Shown piece by piece: positions 1 to 8,449 of a stretch of DNA of 14,741 bases (its first letter is position 1; each line of letters starts with the position of its first letter). Location of the stretch: contig NW_021825690.1 in assembly GCF_006345805.1 (NCBI RefSeq), forward strand, positions 1-14,741. Reading direction: 5' to 3'. Under the pieces are notes generated by a model that did not search any database, was not told the DNA's origin, and saw only the letters and a program-made list of their open reading frames with translations. The position numbers and the translations under genes were made by a program. The DNA is from Octopus sinensis. Taxonomy: Eukaryota.

Positions 1-10
1 GCTTCTTCAG

Positions 11-72
11 ATGCCAAGATATCAAAAATTGTCCAAGTGTAGGACAATGGTTTAGCATTTTTCAAAAGTGTA
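11..72 (+). CDS. Candidate 62-bp internal coding exon (CQDIKNCPSVGQWFSIFQKC), first part of a possible CLIP-like Cys motif
   Basis: Acceptor ttcttcAG at 3-10 and donor GTAAGT at 73-78. Only one frame is open between them (phase 2 start, phase 1 end). Non-repetitive sequence. Upstream polypyrimidine context is cut off by the window edge. Confidence 0.5.
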
Positions 73-295
73 GTAAGTCCAAGAGATGACAGTTTTGCTA
101 AAATATTTCAGACTGAAAATATCATACATGCATGGAGTTATGATTTTATGCACTCAACAAAGTATTTATTGTTAAGCTGAAACTGTTGCTAATATAAAAA
201 GAGAAATAGAATGGTGAAACTAATTCTTCGTTTTCCGAAAAAGTAAAATTTTAGACTTATGATACTGTTGCATAATAGCAACAATATATCATTGT

Positions 296-410
296 TATAT
301 ATTTATGTATATATTTATGTGTATGTATGTGTGTATCTATATACGTTCGTATATGTGTGTGTGTGTATACATTGTTCATATATATATATTATATATATAT
401 ATATATATAT
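296..410. repeat. Compound (TA)/(TG)/(TATG) microsatellite
   Basis: Visible directly; source of the YIYI/VCVC junk ORFs at 259-514. Confidence 0.9.
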
Positions 411-413
411 CAA

Positions 414-557
414 GGTGCAGGAGTGGCTGTGTGGTAAGTAGCTTGCTTACCAACCACATGGTTCCAGGTTCAGTCCCACTGCATGGCACCTTCAGCAAGT
501 GTCTTCAACTATAGCCTTGTGAGTGGATTTGGTAGACAGAAACTGAAAGAAACCCAC

Positions 558-605
<48 letters not shown>

Positions 606-1358
606 CTATATATATTATATATATATTCATCATCATCGTTTAGCGCCGCTTTCCATGCTAGCATGGGTTGGATAGTTCAACTGGGGTCTGGGAGGAAGCC
701 AGAAGGCTGCACCAGGCCCAGTCTGATCTGGCAATGTTTCTACAGCTGGATGCCCTTCCTAACGCCAACCACTCCGTGAGTGTAGTGGGTCCTTTTTACG
801 TGCCAGATGAGCTGGCAAACGGCCACGATCGGATAGTGCTTTTTACGTGCCACCGGCACGGGGGACAGGTGAGGCTGGCAACGCACCGATCGGATGGTGC
901 TTTTTACGTGCCACCGGCACGAGGCCAGTTGGGGCGGCGCTGGCAACAGCCACGTTCGGATGGTTCTCTTACGTGCCACCGTCACTGGTATCACAGCTGC
1001 AATTTCCATTGATGTTGATCGATTTCGATTCTCACTTGCCTCAACAGGTCTTCACAAGTAGAGTTTTGTGTCCCAAGAAGGAAAGGTATGCATAAGGTAT
1101 GCATATATATATATATATATGTATGTATGTATGTATATCTTCGTGTTTGTGTGTGTATATGTGTTTGTCACCCAACATTGCTTGACAACCGATGCTGGTG
1201 AGTTTACGTCCCTGTAACTTATTGGTTTGGCAAGAGAGACCGATAGAATTAGTACTAGGCTTACAAAGAATAAGTCCTGGAGTTGTTTTACTTGACTAAA
1301 AGTGGTGCTCCAGCATGGCTGCAGTCAAATGACTGAAACAAGTGAAAGAGTGAGAGAA
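414..1358 (+). mobile_element. tRNA-derived SINE family A, copy 1, split by a nested family B insertion (5' half 414-560, 3' half ~1161-1358)
   Basis: Pol III A-box-like TGGCTGTGTGG and B-box-like GGTTCAGTCC. Both halves match the intact copies at 1414-1838, 5895-6310 and 11484-11926 and flank the B element. Confidence 0.85.
628..1096 (-). mobile_element. Family B copy 1: 5'-truncated RTE-like LINE 3' UTR (or SINE sharing that tail)
   Basis: (CAT)n tail at 628 = (GAT)n on the - strand; conserved box ggatgcccttcctaacgccaaccact; 4 internal subrepeats. RTE assignment rests on resemblance of the box/tail to RTE-clade 3' ends; no RT coding sequence is present. Confidence 0.8.
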
Positions 1359-1413
1359 TATATATATATATCATCATCATCGTTTAACGATGATATATAT
1401 ATATATATATATA

Positions 1414-1838
1414 GCAGGAGTGGCTGTGTGGTAAGTAGCTTGCTTACCAACCACATGGTTCCGGGTTCAGTCCCATTGCGTGGAACCTTGGGCAAGTGTC
1501 TTCTGCTATAGCCTCAGGCTGACCAATGCCTTGTGAGTGGATTTGGTAGATGGAAACTGAAAGAAGCCCGTCGTATATATGTATGTATATATATATATAT
1601 GCGTGTGTGTATGCGTGTTTGTGTGTCTGTGTTTGTCCCCCTAGCATTGCTTGACAACTGATGCTGGTGTGTTTATGTCCCCGTTACTTAGCGGTTCGGC
1701 AAAAGAGACTGATAGAATAAGTACTGGGCTTACAAAGAATAAGTCCCGGGATCGAGTTGCTCGATTAAAGGCGGTGCTCCAGCATGACCGCAGTCAAATG
1801 ACTGAAACAAGTAAAAGAGTAAAAAGAGTAAAGAGAGT
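1414..1838 (+). mobile_element. SINE family A, near full-length copy 2
   Basis: tRNA-like head, central cttgggcaagtgtcttc segment (CORE-like), internal TA/TG microsatellite, (GAGTAAAA)-type tail. Confidence 0.9.
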
Positions 1839-1910
1839 ACTCTGCCTTTGGTATTTGAGTATTATTTTCTCCACTTTGTTTTGTATCTGTGTGCTTAGTT
1901 GTGTGTTTAC

Positions 1911-2224
1911 TGCCGGTGACACGTAAAAAGCACCAAGCAATGTTAACTGATGCCAGTACCACTAACTGGCTCCTGTGCCGGTGGCACATAAGAAGTACCA
2001 TATGAACGTGATCATTGCCAAGCTCTCCTGGCTGGCTCCTGTGCCAGTACACGTAAAAAGCATCCACAACACTCTTGGAGTGATTGGCGTTAGGGAGGGT
2101 ATCGAGCTGTAGAAACTCTGCCAGAACAGGACTGGAGCCTGGTACAGCCACTGGCTCTCCAGATCTTAGTGAAACCTCCAACCCATGCCAGCATGGAAAA
2201 CGGATATTAATTGATGATGATGAT
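1911..2224 (+). mobile_element. Family B copy 2 (diverged)
   Basis: cacgtaaaaagcac subrepeats, degenerate box gattggcgttagggagggtatc, ends acccatgccagcatggaaaacgg...(GAT)n. Confidence 0.8.
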
Positions 2225-2243
2225 ATATATATATATATATAAA

Positions 2244-2425
2244 GTTAATCCAAATAAGAAAGCACAAAAAAACACAACGCGAGGACGTGGAACAAATATA
2301 GTATTATTGGATGCTCAGGAAAGAAGGAGGGCTTAATGTTTCGAGCGGAGCTCTTCATCGGAAACATAGGAGAAGGAAAGATCCAGAGAAGGGAAGACAG
2401 AGGAAAAAAATCGCCAACGGTACAC
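2244..2425 (-). mobile_element. Penelope-like element terminal-repeat fragment
   Basis: Carries a minimal hammerhead-like motif (ccgatgaagagctccgctcgaaac on -), typical of Penelope-like terminal repeats; abuts a (TA)n tract. No ORF. Confidence 0.55.
2331..2365 (-). ncRNA. Degenerate minimal type I hammerhead ribozyme motif
   Basis: - strand reads GUUU CCGAUGA A GAGC UCC GCUC GAA AC AU U AAGC: core CYGANGA/GAAA, perfect 4-bp stem II, stem I GUUU/AAGC. Deviations: U4>C and ACAU instead of palindromic ACGU. Confidence 0.55.
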
Positions 2426-2457
2426 CAAACCCGAGCAACGCCGGGCTGTACTACTCG
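2426..2457 (+). mobile_element. Isolated Helitron 3'-end stub (hairpin plus CTCG in place of CTAG)
   Basis: 31/33 identical to the reverse complement of 2483-2515; hairpin cccg-agcaacgc-cggg. Confidence 0.7.
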
Positions 2458-2483
2458 TATATATATATATATATATATATACA

Positions 2484-2864
2484 CTAGTAGTACAGCCCGG
2501 CGTTGCTTGGGTTTGTTTTCTTTTCGACCCTTTAGAATTGGAATTTTTGAAAAGTAAAAATTTTGCATCATGTAGCTTGTTATTCTCTTTAAGTGAACAT
2601 TTGTCTGGTCGAAATACAGCAGTCAAAAAAATCATAAAAAATAGAGATTTTCATAGAAAAAAAAAGCACCTTTTTGATGTAAATAATTTTTGGTGTTAAC
2701 ATGGTCCGATTTGAATTTTTTCTTGTACGTAATGAAGAGCAAGCCTTCTTCTATCATACTCTCAATTTTGGTCAACTTGCGCCGCAGGGTCTCGGAGGAG
2801 ATTGTGTTAGTTGAAAGCTACCAAACCTGCCACACACAGACAACTTCAGCTTTATATATAAAGA
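2484..2864 (-). mobile_element. Non-autonomous Helitron, 381 bp
   Basis: On - strand: A|TCTTTATATATAAAG...hairpin cccaagcaacgccggg...CTAG|T, i.e. TC/CTRR termini at an AT site with no TSD. Termini resemble the 7306-7820 element. Confidence 0.8.
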
Positions 2865-3033
2865 TATATATATATGCATATATATATGGATATATATATG
2901 TATATATACACACACACACATATATGTATATATATATATATATGTATATATACGTATATATATATACACACACACATATGTATATATGCATATATATACA
3001 CACACACTATATATATATGCATATATTTATATG

Positions 3034-3086
<53 letters not shown>

Positions 3087-3156
3087 CACACACATATATA
3101 TGCATATATAGTTATGTGCACATATATATATATATCTATACATATATGTATATATT
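2865..3156. repeat. Long compound (TA)/(CA) microsatellite
   Basis: Visible directly; source of ORFs 2690-3287. Confidence 0.95.
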
Positions 3157-3230
3157 TATTTTGTTTCTCCTTTTATAAAATCTTTTTCAATCACAGGCGA
3201 AACCTGAGAATTGGTCCATTTACACTGGCC

Positions 3231-3472
3231 ATAATAATAATAATAATAATGAATGATAATCTTTTCTACTATAGGCACAAGGCCTGAAATTCGGTAGGAG
3301 GGGGTCTCTTTGATTCCATCAACCCCAGTGTTCCACTGGTGCTTATTTCATAGACCCCGAAAGGATTCTAGGCTAAGTTGACCTCAGCGGAATTTGAACC
3401 CAGAATGTAAAGACAGATAAAATACCGCTAAGCATTTTGCCCTTGTGTATAATGATTCTACTAGCTCACCCG
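3231..3472 (-). mobile_element. tRNA-derived SINE family C (MetaSINE/Sauria-like central domain), diverged
   Basis: Reverse complement of the 8751-8957 copy; B-box-like gggttcaaattcc; (ATT)n tail at 3231-3250. Confidence 0.8.
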
Positions 3473-3595
3473 TTTTACGATCATTCTGTTGTATACTTGA
3501 AAAGGGTTCTCTTACGATCTCGGACCCCATTTTTTTACTTTCATTTTCACGGCCCTACCTGACACACTTCATTTTTTTCGTCTGTTCCCTAATTA

Positions 3596-3710
3596 TTGTT
3601 TGATGTTGTTGTTGTTGTTGTTGTTATTGATGATGATGATGATTATGATGATGATGATGATGATGTTGTTCTTGTTATTGTTGTTGTTGTTGTTGCTGCT
3701 CTGCCGCTCG
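3596..3710. repeat. (GTT)n/(GAT)n trinucleotide microsatellite
   Basis: Visible directly. Confidence 0.95.
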
Positions 3711-3762
3711 ATTTTTGTCTTGGCGTCCCACTGAAACAGTGTAGGGTTCAATCCCCCCGCAG

Positions 3763-3837
3763 GTACTCATTGTCAGGCTGTTCCGGACGCGCTACCGGTA
3801 CGACTCGTGGAGGTCGAAGACAAGACCGAAGAGATGA
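3763..3837 (+). CDS. Candidate terminal coding exon (VLIVRLFRTRYRYDSWRSKTRPKR*), product unknown
   Basis: Acceptor ttcaatccccccgcAG at 3762; in-frame stop just upstream (3742-3744); 19 of 24 codons end in G/C in an AT-rich window; (GAGAC)n starts at the stop. An alternative phase-1 frame is open to TGA at 3876-3878. Confidence 0.4.
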   Translation, partial: VLIVRLFRTRYRYDSWRSKTRPKR

Positions 3838-3952
3838 GACGAGACGAGACGATCCCCTGCCGCATCCATGTCGCGTGACGCCAACCCCAAACGCCTCTGC
3901 CGCTGCGCTAGCTTTGCTTCAACGGAAACAGACCGATCCTTTTGCGATTACC

Positions 3953-4200
3953 ACTGCTGCTGCTACTACTACTACTACTACTAATACTACTACTGCTGTT
4001 GCTGCTGCTACGACTGCGACCTCCAGTTCTGATGCTACTCCCATCGTCGCCACCACCACAACCACCACCACCACCACCACCACCATCATCGTCATCATCA
4101 TCATAGTCGTCATCGTCAGTTTGAGAACTGATGTCGCCGCTGCCGTCATTGCTGCTGCCGCTGCCAATGCTGCTTCTTCCCGCTTCTGCTACTGCTCCTG
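3953..4200. repeat. Mixed trinucleotide low-complexity tract (GCT/ACT/CAC/CAT), possibly 3' UTR
   Basis: Visible directly; explains poly-T/A/S/G/D/V ORFs on both strands. Confidence 0.85.
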
Positions 4201-4596
4201 ATGCGATTGATCCTGCTGTGAATGCCGTTACGATCATTTTATATCCTGTTTTCAATTCATTTGTACACACAAACACACACACAAACCTAATATAGAATGA
4301 TTTTTCGTCAGTTTTTTTTCCCTTTTGCCTGCGTGGTTTGTTTTCGAGTGCTTTGGTTTTTCTGGGAACTCCCTTTAAAGTAGAAGGAATAGCTAAGATT
4401 CTTTTTTACTGCTATTTCTAAAATTCGGTATGTGGTGAAGCAAGTCGTTGCTGAACCCTAATTATATAGTATCACACATACATATATGTATGTATCTATC
4501 TATCTATTTACACTTGGCGTATTTTATAAATATGCCTGCTCAATTATCATACTAGCATGAAACTATTAATAACTCTTTTGGTTGTATATTTAATTT

Positions 4597-5187
4597 CATC
4601 ATCATCATCATCGTTGTTGTTTAACGTCCGCTTTCCATGCTGGCATGAGTTGGACGGTTTGACTGAGGGCTGGCGAGCCAGAAGGCTACACCAGGTTCAG
4701 TCTGATCTGGCAAAGTTTCTATAAATGGATGCCCTTCCTAACGCCAACCACTACGAGAGTGTAGTGGGTGCTTTTACGTGATACCCGATTGAAGGCCAGT
4801 AAGGCGGTTCTGGCAATGACCACCACACTCAAAAGGTGTTTTTTACGTGCTACCTGCATGGGAGCCAGTCCGGCGGCACCGGCAACGACCACACTTGAAT
4901 GTTGTTTTTCACATGCCACCGGCACATGCGCCGGTAGGGCGACTCTGGCAGCGATTACGCCTGAATAGTGCTTTTCACGTGCCACCAGCATGGGTGCCAT
5001 TCCGTGGCCCTGGCAACGATCACCATCGGATGTGCTTTTGACGTTCCACTGGCACAAGTGCGAATCAGGTGGTACTGTCATTGGCCATGTCAGCAACTTT
5101 GATTTGTTTTCACTTGCCTCAATAGGTCTTTGCAAGCAAATTTCATTGTCCAATGAATGAGGGGTACTCATAAGTGGGCTGATACAT
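4597..5187 (-). mobile_element. Family B copy 3 (longest, 5 subrepeats)
   Basis: (CAT)n tail, conserved box at 4726-4752, extends through cacttgcctcaataggtc...taagtgggct. Confidence 0.85.
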
Positions 5188-5301
5188 GTGCAGGTACCAC
5201 TTAAAAGTGCAGGTACCACTTAAAAGTGCAGGTACCACTTAAAAGTGCAGGTACCACTTAAAAGTGCAGGTACCACTTAAAAGTGCAGGTACCACTTAAA
5301 A
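5188..5301. repeat. Perfect minisatellite, 6 x 19 bp (gtgcaggtaccacttaaaa)
   Basis: Units start at 5188, 5207, 5226, 5245, 5264, 5283 with no mismatches. Confidence 0.97.
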
Positions 5302-5320
5302 GACATCTGGTCCACAGTTA

Positions 5321-5765
5321 AGTGGTTGGTGTTAGGAAGGGCATCCAGCTGTAAAAACCTTCCCAAAACTGACCTCGCCTGTGCTTGTACCATGTAAAAA
5401 GCACTAAGTTCACTCTACTGAGTGGTTGGTGTTAGGAAGGGCATCCAGCTGTAAAGACCTTGCCAAAATTGACCTCGCCTGTGCTTGTGCCATGTGAGAA
5501 TCACTAAGTCCATTCAGCTCAGTGGTTGGTGTTCAGAAGGGCATCCAGCTGTAAAAATCCTGCCAAAACTGACCTCGCCTGTGCTTGTGCCATGTGAGAA
5601 GCACTAAGTTCACTCTGCTGAGTGGTTGGTGTTAGGAAGGGCATCCAGCTGTAAAAATCCTGCCAAAACAGTTACAAAAGCCTGGCGCAGGCTTCTGCCT
5701 CGCCGGCTCCACTCAAACCATTCCACCCATGCCAGCATGGAAGGTGGACGTTAAACGATGATGAA
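5321..5765 (+). mobile_element. Family B-related copy 4: three 100-bp tandem units plus a fourth running into the (GAT)n tail
   Basis: agtggttggtgttaggaagggcatccagctgtaaa recurs at 5321, 5421, 5521, 5621; ends cccatgccagcatggaaggtggacgttaaacgatgatga. Confidence 0.85.
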
Positions 5766-5894
5766 GAGATATATTCATGTATATATGTTGTGTGCATGTG
5801 TAAAATGTAATCACGGTACCACTTTCACATTTTTCCATTCCTTGTGCATGGACGTGTAAACATAGGCGCAGGAGTAAACATAGATGTAAACATA

Positions 5895-6310
5895 GGCGCA
5901 GGAGTGGCTGTGTGGTAAGTAGCTTGCTTACCAACCACATGTTTCCGGGTTCAGTCCCACTGCGTGGCATCTTGGGCAAGTGTCTTCTACTATAGCCTCG
6001 GGCTGACCAAAGCCTTGTGAGTGGATTTGGTAGACGGAACTGAAAGAAGCCCATCGTATATATGTATATATATATGTGTGGTGTGTGTGTGTGTATGTTT
6101 GTGCGTCTGTGTTTGTCCCCCTAGCATTGCTTGACAACCGATGCTGGTGTGTTTACGTCGCCGTTACTTAGCGGTTCGGCCAAAGAGACCGATAGAATAA
6201 GTACTGGGCTTACAAAGAATAAGTCCCGGGGTCGATTTGCTCAACTAAAGGCGGTGCTCCAGCATGGCCGCAGTCAAAATGACTGAAACAAGTAAAAGAG
6301 TAAAGAGAGT
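5895..6310 (+). mobile_element. SINE family A, full-length copy 3
   Basis: Complete ggcgcaggagtggctgtgtgg head, internal microsatellite and tail. Confidence 0.92.
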
Positions 6311-6410
6311 ATGCAACACAAATGTGTGTTTGTGTGTGTATCTGAGTGTGACTCTGTGTGTGTGTGTGTATGTGTGTTTGTGTATATGTATGTGTACATA
6401 TGTGTGTGAT
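6311..6410. repeat. (TG)n-rich microsatellite
   Basis: Visible directly. Confidence 0.85.
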
Positions 6411-6502
6411 GTTAAAATAATTATGCATTCCCATCATTGTTTTTAATTTGGTGTGTAATCTCTCCAGATTTTAATTGCTTCTGTAACGAGCATTGCAGAA
6501 TG

Positions 6503-7125
6503 TGAAGGTGGCTGTGTGGTGAGAAGCTTGCTTACCAACCACATGGTTTCGGGTTCAGTCCCACTGTGTGACACCTTGGGCAAATGTCTTTTGCTTTACT
6601 CTTGAGCTGACCAAAGCCTTGTGAGTAGATTTGATAGAAGGAAACTGAAAGAAGCCCATCATATATATAATATATATATGTATATATATATATTTATATA
6701 TATATATATATATGTATGTATATATCTATGTGTGTTTCTATGTTTGTCCCACCACCATCTCTTGACAACTGATGCTGGTGTGTTTATGTACCCGTAACTT
6801 AGCAGTTCAGCAAAATGGACCGATACAATAATAAGCTTACAAGGAATAAATCTGGGGTCGATTTCTTTGATTAAAACCCTTTAACCGTTTAGTGTTTAAA
6901 CTGACCAAATCCGGCCCAATATATTCTACATGTTTTATATTCAAACTGGCGATATCTAGCTTCTCACACCTAACCTACAATGCCATTCTAAAAATAAACA
7001 ATCACATCATTGAAACCTCAAAGCTGTAAGATAATCCAGGATTAATCCGAAACAATTTGAGTGAAAAAGTATTACATTTAACAGAGTAATCTGAACACTA
7101 AAGGGTTAAGGCGGTGCTCCAGCAT
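6503..7125 (+). mobile_element. SINE family A, older diverged copy 4, interrupted by a MITE
   Basis: Head ggtggctgtgtgg...gggttcagtccc; 3' part resumes as ggcggtgctccagcat at 7110 after the MITE. Confidence 0.85.
6885..7105. mobile_element. piggyBac-type non-autonomous MITE, 221 bp
   Basis: TTAA at 6881-6884 and 7106-7109 (TSD); TIRs ccgtttagtgtt / aacactaaaggg match at 11/12; removing it restores the SINE. Confidence 0.88.
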
Positions 7126-7305
7126 ATATCAAATTCTCTATGTAAAATTCCAATGCCGGTTCCTTCAGATGGTGCATTTTTGGTCAATTTCTTTCGTCTC
7201 CCCTCCGGTGTTACAATTTATTTCTGACTACTTAGAACGTAAAATACAATAAGGAGAACACGGAATTTGAACCTTCAAACTTTATGTTTACTTACAGTCG
7301 GTTTA

Positions 7306-7820
7306 TCTATATATATAAAACTGTAGTTGTGTGAGTGTCTGTCCCCTTCGATTTAGATTCCTAACTCCTCCCACATTTTGCGGTGCAGTTTAACCAAATT
7401 CGGGTATCTTATAGTCTTGATTCATATCGAGCCCATCTGGGTATTAGCGCGCGTCTACGATGAGTCTACGATTTTAAAAATAATTTAACATAATTTTTTA
7501 TTCCATTTTAATGCATAATTTCGTGTGTCGATGGCGGCGGAGTTGGCGTCCATGGTCACACCTGCACCTGTTTGCTTCTCTCCCCCTTCTTCCCTCCCTC
7601 ATGAAGCTGTGGGGAAGGGAGTTTAAGGAAATCAACGTCGTAAAGCGTTGTCAAGGAGACCAGCGTTCTTTTAGAACAACGACTTCATGGCTTGAAGACA
7701 CCAAAACAGAAGTGGCTAAGAAAGCCCGAATTGGCATCTATAAGGGAAGTAACTCTCTAAAAATGCTTATATAGTTATTTCCCTTACAACCCCGAGCAAC
7801 ACGCCGGGCGATACTGCTAG
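7306..7820 (+). mobile_element. Non-autonomous Helitron, 515 bp
   Basis: A|TCTATATATATAAAACTG...cccgagcaacacgccggg hairpin...CTAG|T. Confidence 0.85.
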
Positions 7821-7930
7821 TACATAATAATTGTCCGACACATTTTTCAATCGCATTAATTGCATATCTTGCATATTTTTATATGTAGCGATTTATGCAT
7901 TATAAGTATGATCTCTTCAGGGTCTATAAT

Positions 7931-8247
7931 CATCATCATCATCATCATCGTCATCGTCGTCGTTTAACGCCCATTTTCCATGCTAGCATGGGTTGGATGG
8001 TTCGACCGGGGTCTGGGAAGCTAGGAGGCTGCACCAGGCTCCAGTCTGATCTGGCAGTTTTTCTACAACTGGATGCCCTTCCTAACGCCAACCACTCCGT
8101 GAATGTAGTGGGTGCTTTTTACGTGCCACTGGCACAGGTGCCAGGAGACGCTGGCAATGGCTACGATCAGTTGGTGCTTTTTACGTGCCACCAACACAGA
8201 AGCCAGTCATGGTCATGCTAGCATAAGCCATGTTTGGATGGTGCTTT
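7931..8247 (-). mobile_element. Family B copy 5
   Basis: (CAT)n tail, conserved box, 2 full subrepeats and a partial one ending in (TA)n. Confidence 0.88.
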
Positions 8248-8449
8248 ATATATATATATATATATATATATCTAACACAAAACAGCATACATTACTATTA
8301 CATGCATATGGGTATATGGCAATATATACACATATATACATACAAATATATAATACAGTTGTGATAATAAATTGGGCATTTAAACAAATTTTGGATCCCT
8401 CCAATTGAGAAAACTCAGTCATACAACAAACTATAATCACTGGTGCAGT

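Noticed and set aside
3596-4201. 201-aa + strand ORF as a single-exon gene
   Set aside because: Starts at a non-ATG codon inside a microsatellite and is mostly homopolymeric runs.
3908-4282. 124-aa - strand Gly/Ser/Asp-rich ORF
   Set aside because: Explained by trinucleotide repeats lacking stops in that frame; no domain or splice support. Not fully excluded without RNA data.
7511-7774. 87-aa ORF within the Helitron
   Set aside because: No RepHel or other recognisable motif; too short for an autonomous element.
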